Below, piece after piece: positions 13,001 through 27,091 of a stretch of 64,000 nucleotides of DNA (its first letter is position 1; every line of letters begins with the position of its first letter). Both the position numbers and the translations under genes were made by a program. The stretch covers positions 15,190,001-15,254,000 of the forward strand of contig CP158635.1 of the NCBI GenBank assembly GCA_050273025.1, read 5' to 3'. The notes beneath the pieces were generated by a model. It was not told the DNA's origin. It ran no database searches and saw only the letters and a list, made by a program, of their open reading frames with translations. This DNA comes from Cenococcum geophilum. Taxonomy: Eukaryota.

Positions 13001-16000
13001 ATGTATAAGAACCTAAAAGAAAAGAATTAGAAGTACCCTATAAGGATATATTAGGCGCTAGATAAGCAATAGTATAGGAATGCTAAGTATATATACAGAT
13101 AGCATTTAACGGAAGTTTAGGAGTTAGGAGACTTAATACTTTAACTAAAAAGATTCCCTATAGAAGAATGCCTTAATAGATAATAGTAGTGGGAATACTT
13201 AGAGAATATGTGTCTATAGTATATTAAAGACAAAAAGTAAATTAGGTATTAGCTAAGGAATAAGCTAAGTATAATAGGATAAAGCAGCTAATAGTTAGGA
13301 AAAGTAGAGGCCTATAGGACTAAAGGGAGCTAGTAGTAGAGCCTTAGACCCTTAGGGGAATTTAAAGACAACACCTAAATTTATAAGTTAATTAGTAAGA
13401 TTAATAGCTTAAAGCGCTAATAGATAGTAGAGTAATAAAGAACTATATTTTACTAACAGCAGTTAAAAGAATAGGACTACCTTATAGATAAAAGGAGTAA
13501 TCTTACCTATTAGTTATAATTTTAGGATATCCAATAACCTATAGAGGAGGGATTATTAACCTTAAAATAAGACCTATTTAAATAACTATTAAAGGGGGAC
13601 GAATTAAGATATCTTTTAATATCCTACTATTAGGACGGGATAAAGTAGTATTAGAAATACCTTAGTTATAGAAATACAATCTAAAGAGTAATTATATTAT
13701 AGGTTAAGTTAAAATTAAAAATACTTAACGCTGTAAAATATAATAGCAAACTAAGATAGTATAGTACTAGGTTAGAGTAATATATAAGGAGACTAAACGA
13801 GGCTTAAGTTATATACTAAAGAAATACTATAAGTGTAGTAAGCAACTATAAAGCCTAGAAAGTAAAAAGCTAGTAGATTATATAGTATAGGACTATAAGA
13901 TAGAGTTATAACTAGGAATAAGTCTAAGGTTCTTTTTAATCTATAAGCTTACTTAAGAGGGGTTAAAAGCACTTAAAGAATTTATCTAAAAGAACTTATA
14001 AAAGGGATATATCAAACTATTACAGTTATTAGCAGGTTATTTAGTACTATTCGTACTAAAGAAAAAGAAAAGGCTTAGACTATATATTAACTATAGATAG
14101 TTAAATAGCATTACTAGGAAGAATAGGTATCTTTTACCCTTAATTGGCGAAATTTAGAATTGGATAGGTAATATATAAATCTTTATTAAGATCGATCTAA
14201 GATAGGCATATTGCTAGATTAGAATTAAGGAAGGCAATAAATAAAAGGCAGCCTTTAGGTTAAAGGAAGGACTATATAAACTATTAGTTATACAATTTAG
14301 ACTTATAAACGCACTAGTAACGTTTTAGAAGCGAATTAATAGTGTATTAAGAGAACACCTTAATAAGTCTACCACAATATACCTTAACGACGTTATTATC
14401 TACTTAATAACTAAGGAAGAACACGGAGAATACGTTAAATAGGTTTTAAAGAAACTATTTAAAAAACAAATGCTAGTAGTAATTAAAAAATGCGAGTTCT
14501 TTACTAAGAAGACCAATTTTATTAAATTTATTATTAAACTAGGTTATATTAATATGGACCTAAAGAAGATTAAAGCTATAGTAAATTAGTAAGAATTAGA
14601 GAATATAACGCAGTTAAGGTTATTTTTATGGGTTTGCAACTACTACAGAAGATTTATAGTATAATAGTTAAAGAATATTAAACCGTTTACTAGGCTTATA
14701 AAAAAGAGGAACTATAGGTATAGGGAGATAAGCAGAGGAAACTATTTAAGAAACTTAAAGAGTTGTTTACCTAGGAGCCAATCCTTAAAATCTATTAACT
14801 AGGACTAGATATAGTTATAAAAATAAACGTATTAGACTTTATACTAGGAGCGTATTTACTATAAAAGTATAAAAATATATAGTATTTAGTAGCATACTAT
14901 AGTTAAAAGATAACACTACTGGAACTAAACTATGACATATATAATAAGGAGTTATTAGGTATAGTTATAGCACTAAAGAAATAGAGAGTATTCTTATAAG
15001 GCATAGAGAAACTATTTATAATTAAAATGGATTATAAAAACTTAACGGGGTTCCTAACAACAAAAGAACTTAATTAAAAATAGGTTAGATATGCAGAGAT
15101 ACTTATAGAATACTATTTTAAAATTTAGTATATTAAAGGAACTAAGAATATAAAGGCAGATATATTAAGTAGAAAGGCTAAACTATAAAATAATAAGAAG
15201 CTATTAGGAGCAATACTACATAGAAATAAGGATAGATTAATTAGATATAATTACTCTAAGCTAGTAGTAACCTAAGAGAGTAATAAACTAAAAAGAGTCT
15301 ACGAAATACTAAAGAGCTTTTAGGTATAAAGGATTTTAGAAGTATAGCTAGAAGACCTATAGATAGATATATATAAAAACTAAGAAATAAAGTATATCCT
15401 AAAAAGTATTGCAGAGTATTTTATGGAAGATTTCTATAAGGGAATAACTTAAGAACATAATAGAGCAATAGGCTTAGTATTAAGACTTTAGGAAGAGTAT
15501 ATTATTAATAGAATCTAGGGTATTACTAAAAAGTAATAAAAGAGTGTCTAAATTATTAAAAAAAAATAAACTAATAAGGTATAAGCTGTATAAAGGACTA
15601 TAACCTATTAAAATACTAATAAGACTATAGGAGGTTATATTATGGGACTTTATTATTAAGTTACTAAAGTTAAGAGATCCTATTACTGAATAGAAGTATA
15701 ACATAATCCTTATAATAGTGGATAAGTTAACTAAATAAGGCTACTTTATAGCGTGTACAGAAGAAATCTTAGCGAAGGATATTACTAGAATCTATATTAA
15801 AAAAAGTATTCGCGAGATATAAAGCACTAAGTAAGATTATATTAAATAGAGATCTAAGATTTGTAGCAGTATTTTAAAAGGTATTTTTAGCCAAATAAGG
15901 AGTTCGTGTAGTAATATTAATAGTATATTATCTACAGACAGACGGATAAATAGAAAGATTAAATTAAACGCTAGAATAGTATTTAAGATATTATATTAAT

Positions 16001-17280
16001 TACGCATAGAATGATTACGTACTATTATTACTAGTTATATAGTTTATAATATAACACTATAAGAAGGAATAAGTATATTACTATTTAAGGTAAATTACGG
16101 ATATAAGCTAAGAATATTGTTATTACTATAGTAAGTAAAGAAAATAAGTAGTACAGTTAAAGAATAAATAAAGATACTAATAAATCTTTATATAAACCTT
16201 ATAGAATTAGTAAAAATAGTATAAAAAAGAATAAAAAGGTACTATAACGCTAAGAGATCTAAGGGACTAGATCTTAAGGAGGGGGATAAAGTATAGCTAC
16301 TATATAAAAATTTTAAGAGTTAACGGCTAAGTAAGAAGTTAAACTATATTAGACTAGGACCTTTTAAAATTATAGAGAATTTTACTAGTTATATTTAAGT
16401 TAAACCTACTAGCCAAAATAAAGATATACCCTATATAGTATATTATAATACTAGAGCTAGTATACGGGAATATTAAGCCATTAATTTACGAAGTAGACAC
16501 GTATAGAGGGTAAAAGGAAGATATATAGTAAATTTTAAAGATTGTTAGTTATAAGGACGTTAATAATAAAATATAGTATAAGGTTAAGTAAATAGGCTAT
16601 AATAAGACTACCTAGGAGCTACTATAGAACTTAAGAAACGCTATAAAAAAGGTATAGGAGTATTAGAGAAAAACGGGTTAAGTAATATTAAAAAGGAGCT
16701 AAAAATAAAGGGATTAGTTAAAGGTAATAAACGAGCCGGATTATTTAGAGGGTCTACTACTAGCGTATTAGTTGTTTCCGCCTTAGCTTAACTAGAATCC
16801 TTTTTAGCCTCCTTAGCTTTAAGTTTAGAGAGACCTTACTCTATAAGATATAGCTCTTTTAAGCGTACCTTTTTATAAACCTTTGTAAGACGGCTTAGTT
16901 AAGCGTAGGTATTTAGTTAAGCTTTTAGAGCCTAAGACGCCTTATTAAAACAACGCTAAATATTAGCTAGGGCCTTAGCCAGCTTACTCTCTAGTCTTTC
17001 GGCCGCTACTAATATATAAAACCCTAAGATAGATTAAATATGGAATAAGACAACTTTATAAAATTATAAGACGCGTATACTTAGTATTAAAGATAGATTA
17101 AATATTACAGAACAATTATATATTTACTTGCATACACTTAACGTAAAAAGAAGGTTAGCGACTAAATAGAGCTGCGATTACAATATATACTAGCTTTTTC
17201 TCCGCATAATAAGAATAGGACGGCATAACTTTACTAAGAGAAAGAATAAATATTACTAGCTAATTATAATATCTTTTAGA
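10024..17280 (+). mobile_element. Ty3/Gypsy chromovirus, RIP-degraded and 3'-truncated (no 3' LTR)
   Basis: 5' LTR ~10024-10406 is related to the 426-bp LTR family. Gag starts ~10448, protease LKALIDS ~13410, RT with YLND ~14380, then RNase H, integrase ~15640-16100 and chromodomain ~16520-16670. Confidence 0.88.
16740..17230 (-). pseudogene. Antisense Cys-rich ORF remnant in the Gypsy 3' region
   Basis: Reads MPSYSYYAEKKLVYIVIAALFSR*PSFYVKCMQVN…FCN, a RIP form of CxxC-x5-C…CxxC…C. Homologous to 56300-56850 in the related element. Confidence 0.55.
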
Positions 17281-17983
17281 TATTAAGCCCTCCTAAAAGC
17301 TTTACCTAGATAACTAAGAGCTAAGCACTAGCAATAGCAGCCTATAAAAATTATGCGGCTAAAGAAATATGCTACCTATAAAAAGTATATAGCCGTAGCG
17401 CCTGGGAGCAACTTATAGCCTAAGAGTATTACCCTAAGAGTAATTTATTTCTAGTGGCCTTTCCTCTTATATAGCCCTATTATTTTTAGTAAAATATTTA
17501 ATAGCATTTAAGCTCTTGGCTAGGGAATTTAGAGGGGAAATATTTTCTTAAAATGCTTACTAACTAAACCTATAGTAGAATAGCCTGCTTAGCACTATGC
17601 CCTATTATTTATAGCGGATAAGACAATATCCTAGTATATATTTGGATTTAAGGTCGCTTATATATATCTATATACCCCTTAATAATATAAGTATGCCGTA
17701 TATTTAAATTATACTAAAGCTATATAACGCAAATTTATTAGAATATATATATAAAAAAGAGAAAGGGTAGCTGAATTTTAAATATATATTTACCTATATA
17801 TTAAAAGGGCGTGCGTTCTATAGAGCTAAGTATAAGACTATAAATTATTAAAGTAACCTCTTCCCATAAAATTATAATAAAATTCTATATTTATAGTACT
17901 ATAATAACTAGCAAATACTATATATAGGATATTTTTAATCTATAATTCTACAATTAGGTTAAGTGAAGTTTAATCATTTAAAT

Positions 17984-18095
17984 AGGGTTAACTGGTAAAT
18001 AGGGCTGTTAATAGGGCTTAGTTAATTAGGTTAACTAGTTAATAGATTTAACTAGTAAATAGGCTAACTAGTTATTAGGGTTAATTAGTAAATTA
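17984..18095. repeat. Degenerate ~17-bp tandem repeat (GGTTAACTAGTAAATAG-like)
   Basis: About six recurring gttaactag/ggttaa units. Confidence 0.55.
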
Positions 18096-18249
18096 GCTAC
18101 GAAATGATTTTTTTACTAAGTTCCCTCTTATAGAGATCCTACTATTAGAAACTTTTAGTATTTACCTACTAACCTTTACTTCTAACATGCTATCCTATAG
18201 CAAAAGCGCGTTTAAACACTAGCTTCTCTCTTTATTTATATTAAAAATT

Positions 18250-18318
18250 AAACGTCTCTTAAATAACCCTATAGCCAAAGCGGGTTAGCCGCCCTCCCTA
18301 CTAGCGCTAGTAAATTAC
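18250..18318 (+). repeat. Dispersed GCGGGTCGGCCGCCCTCCCT motif, copy 1 (RIP-mutated)
   Basis: Ungapped match to 30311-30349 and to the reverse complement of 33743-33807; differences are mostly C>T/G>A. Confidence 0.8.
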
Positions 18319-18475
18319 TTAAGAGCTTTAGATAACACCTTACGCTTATAAATACGCTAAAACTATTTTACCCCTAGTAGGATATACGGCTTAGTTATAG
18401 CGTAGGTCTTAGTATATAGAGAACCCAGTTATATATAAGGGGGTACTATAAATAGGCAGACGCTCTCTTTACTAG

Positions 18476-21400
18476 TATTAGGTAAAACCTAAGTAGATAG
18501 TTATATAGCTATAAGGTATGGGCGACCCTAGGGCAACCTAGGGGTGACTCGCCCGTAAGGTACGTGCTCTATATATACCTAGGGAAACCCCTTCCTACCT
18601 CGCATACAGACTCCTCCTTTTCCCTTAAGGATTTGTCTCTGTCTATACAATATACCTATTATTCTATTATTAGACTCTCTATCCATATCTTTACCTTATA
18701 TTTAAATCCTTACTAATTCCCTTAGGAGGATAGCCGGTTTAATTTTTCTATAATGCCTCTAAAAAGAAAACCAACGCCTACACCTAATAGTAATATGCTA
18801 GTAATGCGACCGCAGAACACCTTAGGATTTAGTATAGATAAAACCGCTAGAAGTATACCAGTAGCATTTAAGCTATTTTCTAAATCTTAAAACGATTAGA
18901 CATCTATAAACGCTAGAGACTAGTTTAACTTATATACCTAAACTTAATAGGAGCTTAGTAAGGTTACTAGTGTTCTACCTAATACCGCTAATATAAAGGA
19001 GCTAGATAAGCTAGCTAAGAAAATAGCTAACTTATAGAGTATTATTAATTTAACAAAGCCCTTTTGTTACCTCTTTAGTAAAGAGTACAAGTTATAGAGC
19101 GAACGCATACGCCAAATAAATCTTAACGCCCTAGTTAAGAAGTTACTACCTAATATTAGCGGTACTACTTAACAGCATTTTAACCGGTAGATTGCCGCAG
19201 TTAAGAACTAATTCAAGGTCAATAACGCTAACTATAACTATAAGCGACGTACGCGCTAAGCTATTAAAGGTTTTATAAAAGAGAAGATAATTACCTAACT
19301 AGTTTATTACTGGTTAGGCACTAAAGATAAGGGTCCTTTACTATAGGACGAATTTAAGACTATAGTCTAAGACTAGATTAGGAACCCTATAGTAAAACGC
19401 TTTAATAACGCTATAATATACTATATAGCTTTTATAAAGGAGAACTAAAGGTTTAACGTCTTCCTAGCCCGTATATATAGCTTAAAGGACCTCTTTTTAT
19501 ATACCCCTTTTATTAATCCTAAACAATAGGTAGACTTTTAGTTCTTATATCTCCCAGCCCACCTATAAGTAGAGCTCTTTCGCTAGAACTTTGCCTAATA
19601 GGTAAAAACCGCTAAAGACCTCTTTAATAAAATCCGCTATATAGAGTAATTGCTTAATACTATAAAGCTTATAAAAGATCGCGTAAGTAGTAGCGGCAAA
19701 TTATTATATATAAAGCGCGGCCGCAGCATAAGCTCTATAGAGTTAGGCTTAGGGAATAGAACCTAAAAAGGGTAACGCTTTTCTAAGCAAGCTTTTAGGG
19801 AGACTACTTAAAAGCCAGATAGCTTAGGGGACCCCCTAGATGCTAGTGCTATATAGGTAAGTTAAAGGACCGCAGGCAGCTACCGTAAGGAATACTAAAA
19901 GTAGGCCAATAAAGAGAAATTAGCTTAGGCTTCGGAAAACCCAAAGCCCTAGTAGCGTATCTCTTTTAACTATAACTAGGGCCTAATATAAAGGGAGAGA
20001 AGAAACGCATTATAGTATATGTCGCAATAGATACGCCCTAGGGCGAAGTCCGCCTATATACTTTATACGACAATAAATACTAAGTTAACCTTATTAATTA
20101 AGATATTATCCGTAAGTTTAACCTACCTATATATAACGCGTTATATTTATATAAACTTATTACACGTTTCCTTAATAGTAACTAGATAACAATCTAGAAT
20201 ACTTATAATCTAACGGTTACCACTAGCAACTCTTAGGGTACCTCTCGCACTATTAGCCCGCAGACCTTTTAGGGCGGCTTATTTAATAGTTATAATATAG
20301 TTTTTAAATGGGATTAGCTCGCGGAAGCAGATCTATTAATTAGCTTCTGTTCTAAACAGTTTATCTAGGGTACTTTAGACCCTAAACGCCTCTAAATAGT
20401 CACTCTTAACGCTCTTCTAGCAGACATTAAGGCTGGTAAAATAGTCTATTCGCTATATCCAGAAGACTCCTTCTCTACGCCAGTTATAAATATAATAGAG
20501 GACCTATTATTACTAGCAGTAAGTACCCATATAGACCCTCCGGATATAAAAACACCAGTTATAGATATAGTAGAGGACCTGCCGTCACTAGCAGCGAGTA
20601 CCTATAGAGACCCTCTAGTGCTGGCACAGATTACCTATACGCAAGGGGGAGGTAATTAAAACCCTAAAACTATTAAGTATACTACAGCAGAGCTATATAC
20701 ACTCTCTATATAAATATACCTATAAAACGCATATTGGCTGCACCCTTCTCTCCACTAGCTCCTAAAAGCACACTACTATATAATAGTCGCTTTAACCTTT
20801 ATAGCCCCTAGCCTACTAGAGGTATATAAGGAGGAAATTAATGTCTTCTTTAATAAGCTAGTAAGCATACTACCGTAGAACTCTAAGTATAACTATATAA
20901 TCAACTTAGAAGAAGGCAAGACGCCACTATAAATGCCCCTCTATAACCTCTTATAAAAAGAGTTATAGATCTTATAAGAGTACCTAGACAGTGCTCTTAA
21001 AAAGGGCTAAATTAGGCCTAGTAAGTCGCCTACTAGAGCGCCTATTCTCTTTATGCCAAAAGCAGATAGTATAATGCGGCTATATATTAACTATAGACGC
21101 CTAAACAAAATTACAATTAAAAATCGGTACCCCCTACCGCTAGTCGGCAAGCTCTTTAATAGGCTTAGCTATACGAAGATATTTATAAAGCTAGATCTTT
21201 ATAATGCGTACTATAGGATTTGTATTAAAAAGGGAGATAAATAGAAGACCGCATTTAAAATACGCTACGGTCACTTTAAGTACCTAGTAATACCCTTTAG
21301 TCTTACTAATGCCCCTATAACTTTCTAGAGCTATATTTATAAAGCTCTAGAAACCCTAGTAAATACTATCTACGTAGTTTACCTAGATAATATTCTTATT

Positions 21401-24400
21401 TACTTAAATAATAAGGACAAGCACGTTAAGCACGTTAAGCAGATACTACAACAGCTCCGCACTTAGGGCCTATACGCCAAACTATTAAAATATATCTTTT
21501 ATACTAAGAACATTAAGTTCCTAGGCTTTATTATTACCCCTAGGGGTATTATAATGGACCCTAACCGCGTAAAAGCTATTAAGGAATAGCCTAAGCCTAA
21601 GTCCTATAGAGATATCTAGGTCTTCCTTAGCTTTGCTAACTTCTATAGGCGATTTATCTGGAACTACTTAGATACCGCATACCCCCTACATATATATCTT
21701 ATATAGGCATATTGCGACCCAATGTTAAATAGGGAGAAGAAGAAGAAGCGTAAGTTAAAAGGGCCTACTAAATAGTATTAACCCTAGTCCTAGCCTAATA
21801 ACGCGCAGTAGGCGTTCTATAAGCTACGCGCTGCGTTTATATAGGCTCCTCTACTTCGCCACTTTAACCCTAATCTACCCCTAATAGTGATTACTAACGC
21901 TTCCGACTATACCTATAGCGGTATACTTCTACAGCCTTTAGGGCAGGGAGATTAACTCTACTAGCACCTAATCGCTTATTATAGTCAGAAGCTTACTAGC
22001 CTAGAAGTATAGTATAATACATATAATAAAGAACTACTCGCTATAGTACAATACTTTAAGACGTGGCGCTATTACCTTAAATACGCCGCGCATATAACGC
22101 GCGTGCTCTACAATTATAATAATCTTAGGTACTTTATAACCACTAAGAGCTTATCTACTCGCTAGGCCTAGTATACTAAAGAACTAGCTAAGTTTAATTT
22201 AAAATTAAATATAAGCTAAGTAAAGTAAATCCCGCTAATACACTATCCTAGCGCCTAGATTATACCAAAGGCTTTAAAGATAGTAGTAAGAAAACAATCC
22301 TTAATACTATACTACCTATATTATAGCAAAAGTTATAGGTTATAGGCCTTATGGGCGGCCCTAGTGCTACTACACTAAACTAGCGAGTAGCATATATATA
22401 GTATGCGAGCGACCCTTATAAACTTAGCGCTAGCGGACCAGAGCGTCCTACTATTCTCTTTAAAACTACTCCAACTAACTTAATAGCGCTTAACCCTAGA
22501 GAAGACCCCTTAGCCTAGGCTACGGTCCCCCATAATAACCTAGTAAGTTACCTACGTATTATATATTACTTTACTAGCACTAACTTTACGCAGAGTCTCA
22601 TGCCATAGCAAAAAGTAGTAGTAGCTACTTTAGCTAAAATAGCGTTTACGGAATAACCCCCTAAGTTACTAGTTAATTTCATTTATAGAGTATAAAAAAG
22701 GGACGCCTTTATACGCTCTATATATAATTAGTTAACCTAGGAATAAGTTCCTACTAGTAATAAGAACTATACCCTTAATAATTAAGGACTCCTAAGGTAA
22801 AATAATAAAGTCTAGGTGCTAAATTGTATACTACTATAATAGGAGATCCTTAAGCGGAATCATAACAATCCTATAGGCGGCCACTATGGTTTTAACCGTA
22901 CTTTTAAGGTAATTACGCAAAAGTATACTTAGAATGGCCTTACCTAGGACCTCCGCAAATACCTAGATAATTATAATACCTACTAAGGCTCTAAATCGCG
23001 CCGCTATAAACCCTATAGTAAGCTATAGCCTCTTTAGGCCCCCACCTAAGCCTAGCGGCATTATTTACTTAACTTTATTACGGATTTCCTAGAGTCTAAG
23101 ACTCCTAATAGTATAGAGTATAACTCCGTCCTTATCCTTATAGACTATTTTATAAAGCTAGTACGCTACTATTTAGTATATAAGATAATTAATACTATAC
23201 AACTCGCAGAACTCTTATTTAGAGTCTTTGCACAAATAGGGCCTCTAGATAATATTATCTCTAATAAGGGTAGTGTATTTATAAGCGAGTACTAAAGCAC
23301 CATATACTACTATCTCCGCATTTAATATAAACTTAGTACTACATTCCACCTATAGATAGATAGTTATATAAAACGTCAGAACTAGGAGCTTAAGGTATAC
23401 CTATATATATTTACAAAGAAGGAACAGTCTAATTAGGCCTCCCTACTTAAAGAAGTAGCCTTTACCTATAACTCTAAGGTCTATACTATAATAAAGCATT
23501 CCCCTATTAAGCTTGCCTATAGCTAGCTACTAAACGTCCTAAATAGAGTTCTAGATAGCGTCTAAGACGCCTAGTAAGGTAAGAAGGGGTCTAAGTTAAT
23601 AAATGTCCAACTCGCAAAGACGTATCTATAACGCCTACGCCTTACATATAAGGTAGCGGTAGCGTCAATAATACACGCCTAAAAGCTTTAGGTAAAATAC
23701 TATAATCGTCACCACCTAGCCAAGCATTTCGCCGTCAGTAAACGAGTCCTACTCTCCTCTAAGAATATCCACACAAAACGTCCCTATAAAAAGCTTAACT
23801 ACAAGTTTATAGGACCGTTTTAAATCCTAGAGCGCGTAGGGTAGCAAGTATATAAGCTAAAGCTCCCACCTACTATAGCATAGCTCCACCTAGTCTTTTA
23901 TATCTCCCTACTAGAGCCTTATAGGTCACGCCCTAGGTTTTAACCCCTAGCAGTAAAAGAGCTTAAGGAAGGCAGCTAGGAAGTAGAAGCAATTATTGCC
24001 TACTAGAATTATACTAGATAACTATAGTACCTTATTAAATAGCTAGGATGGCTAAATAAGTATAATAAATAGAAATATAAAACAGAACTTAAGAATTATT
24101 AATAACTATTAGATAAGTACTATAAGCGGGACACCCTAGTCTTATAGCTAAAACGCAGGCGAAAAGTAAGCGCCGCTATTAAAATATAACCTATATTAAA
24201 GCGGAATAGAGGACGTCCAAAGGGATTAAAGAATAAGTAATAATTGCTATAACTTATAAGCGAGGCCACGGCGTATACTAGTAATAAAGCTTAATTTAAA
24301 AAGCACCCTTCCTAGACCTAATTCGTCACTCTATACTAGCTAAGCAGATTATTTATATATTAGAGAATAGGCCTATTTATAACCGGGGTCCATTTAACTA

Positions 24401-25314
24401 AGGTCTATAACCTACTAGTAACCCGCTAGTAGTAACCTATACTAACAACTTATACTATTCTATATATATACTACGCAGATAACGCACAAGGCTAAAATAT
24501 AAGTTAGCGGCGGGTCTAACGGGTATATAGCCTTACTATCCTAATCTAGCTATATATAAATAACCTATAACCTACCCATAAAGTATATACGGCGCTACGC
24601 TGGTATAGCATAAGGCCAAAGTAGGGTTAGCGGCGGATTTAACAGGTATATAGCCTTACTATCTACAAATTTGGCTACATATAAATAACCTATAACCTAC
24701 CTATAAGGTACTAGTAACCTACCTATATAAGTAAGCTCTAGAATATTTTTAGTCTACCAAATTTAGGCAACGGTATTAAGCTCCACTAGCTCTACCTATT
24801 AAATAGACTAATTAGGATTTTCTATACCGGGTATATAAAATTGCTACTAGCTTAGTTAAATACGGGGGAGTCTTAGCAAGGTAAATCTAACTAATTAAAC
24901 AACTTTAACCGCCGGTCAAAGTTCCTTAATATCTTCGCGCCGCATATATATACTACCTATTTCTCTATACGCAAAATCAAGACACTCTTTCCCCTCTAAA
25001 TTTTTTCCTTACTAATGTTTTTTATAGGGTTTTATTAAGGCTTAAGTATATAAAGGATTAGGAACAACCCTTTTTAAAGGGGGGGGCATTATTAGGTAAA
25101 ACCTAAGTAGATAATTATATAGCTATAAGGTATAGGCGACCCTAGGGCAACCTAGGGGTAACTCGCCTATAAGGTACGTGCTCTACATATACCTAGGGAA
25201 AACCCTTCCTACCTTATACACAGACTCCTCCTTTTCCCTTAAGGATTCGTCTCTATCTATATAATATACCTATTATTCTATCATTGGACTCCCTATCTAT
25301 ATCCTTACCTCACA
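18476..25314 (+). mobile_element. Full-length Ty3/Gypsy chromovirus (6839 bp), RIP-degraded
   Basis: 225-bp LTRs at 18476-18700 and 25090-25314 with ACTAG TSD. G-rich PPT ~25077-25086. RT (ORF 21053-21244 …NKITIKNRYPLPL…; YLDN ~21380), integrase and chromodomain (~23977-24120). Confidence 0.93.
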
Positions 25315-25804
25315 ACTAGTATATTTTTAAAACATTATGTAGATACTTGGCGTTTTTTTAATAACTTTACTAGTAGAATAGGAAAGCTATATAGAAATTT
25401 TATTACTTAATTAGGATTTTTACGCTATTTACTTAAAAGGAAAAGTAAAGGTTAAAGATAGGAGTAAGGAGGGTTAGGGAATTAAGTAAACCCTAAAAAT
25501 AGAGGACCTAATTTTAGGCTCTTAAAACATCTAAAATTAGGACCCTCTTAAAAGCTAAAAATAGCCCTTTATTTACACCTAAAATTAAATACTTAATTTT
25601 TAGAGCCTACTTAATCCCCCTCTTTCTTTCTCTCTAAGTTTAGGTAGTAGCCTTAAATATAACTTATATAAAACGGCGTAGGGCAACTTATTAAAGCGTA
25701 AGCTAGTAAGGCTTAGCGACGTATACTAATTAATTAAAAGCTAAAAAGCTAAAAATAAAAATAAATCTTAGCAATTTGCCTATTTATAAAAGCGCTTACG
25801 GTTC

Positions 25805-25932
25805 TACTCCCTTATAGTTCTATTCCCCTAGGGCTTTATTCCCCTAAGAGATTATTCCCCTAAGGCTTTACTTCCCTAGGGCTCTACTCCCCTAGGGGAT
25901 TATTTCCCTAGGGCTTTATTTCCCTAAGGCTT
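25805..25932. repeat. 16-bp tandem repeat, ~8 copies (TATTCCCCTAGGGCTT consensus)
   Basis: Directly visible periodic units. Confidence 0.85.
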
Positions 25933-26738
25933 CGTCTTCTTAGCTTACTTAGATCTGCCCTTATATATAGGGTAAACTAAAAGCAATAAATAGATTGTTA
26001 GGGGTCCGTTAACGAAAATTTTAACCTAAGTTTATACTTAATAGGCCCTTACTTAAAGGCTTTTAATATAGAGGCTTTTAGGTTAAAAGCTTTTAATATA
26101 GCTTTTATAGTTCGTAATTAAGATTATATTAGTTATAAATAGTATATACTTAAACTGTAAAGCTTTAATATAGAGCCTTCTGCTTAAAATATAATAGAGT
26201 AGTTAATTATAATTAGAGTTTAAAAATTTAGGACCTAAAAGTAATAGATCACTTATAAACTTAGGTTAATAAGCTTTATAGTTCCCATACTATAAAATTA
26301 ACCTTTTAACTAAAAATGTTAGTAATATCCGCTAATTAATTCTACGTACCGGGGTACAGTTTATAAGTGCGGTTTTATTATACTTACTAAATTTAAATTA
26401 CTATTAACATATCCACAATAAAGAGATTTTTTATTATTATCTATTTTACAAGGCTAAAGTAAGGTCTTTACTATTATATATATAACTTTTTTAGTTAATT
26501 TAGTTTATATTTTAATAATATAGGTCTAATTAATAATTTCTACCCTAGTGCCTTAACCGAATCTATAATCCTTACTCTAGTTATATAGTTTAAGCTTACT
26601 AAGGTAAGCTATTAGATCTATATAATAGTTATCTAGAGCTAGATTTTCTAGCTAATTTCTGGTTAAAACGAAATATACTAAGTTCTAGTAACTGTAGAAG
26701 TCCTTCCTCTAGAAGTCTGGCGCTAAACTATAAATTAT

Positions 26739-27091
26739 AGGCGTGTTTGGTTGCAACTCAGAGCCTTTTAAATCTAATATTAATCTATACTTTCTTCCGG
26801 CAGAAAAGGACGCGTTTATCCAAATTTGTATATATATTTATAGCGCTCTAGATTAAACTAAATCTAAAATCTAGAACTTAAACCTCTAGATTAAACTAAT
26901 ACTAGGACCTTTAGTTTAGAAGCTTTATACAGTAAAGTTGCTAACTTTTAGCGTTCTTTTAGCGTGTAATTCTAGTATTCTTTAAGCGGTAAGAGGAACA
27001 TTAAAATTTTAAAGCTGTATAGGCAAAATCACTCTAAATTAACGGATTCTAAACTAAATCTAAGGCCTTTAAATTGCAACTAAATACGCCC
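26739..27091. mobile_element. MITE with PIF/Harbinger (Tourist)-like termini
   Basis: Inverted ends (A)GGCGTGTTTGGTTGCAAC and TTGCAACTAAATACGCCC, flanked by TAT on both sides; non-coding. Confidence 0.6.

Noticed and set aside
21053..21244. 63-aa ORF as a standalone gene
   Set aside because: It is a stop-free fragment of the RIP-mutated Gypsy reverse transcriptase.
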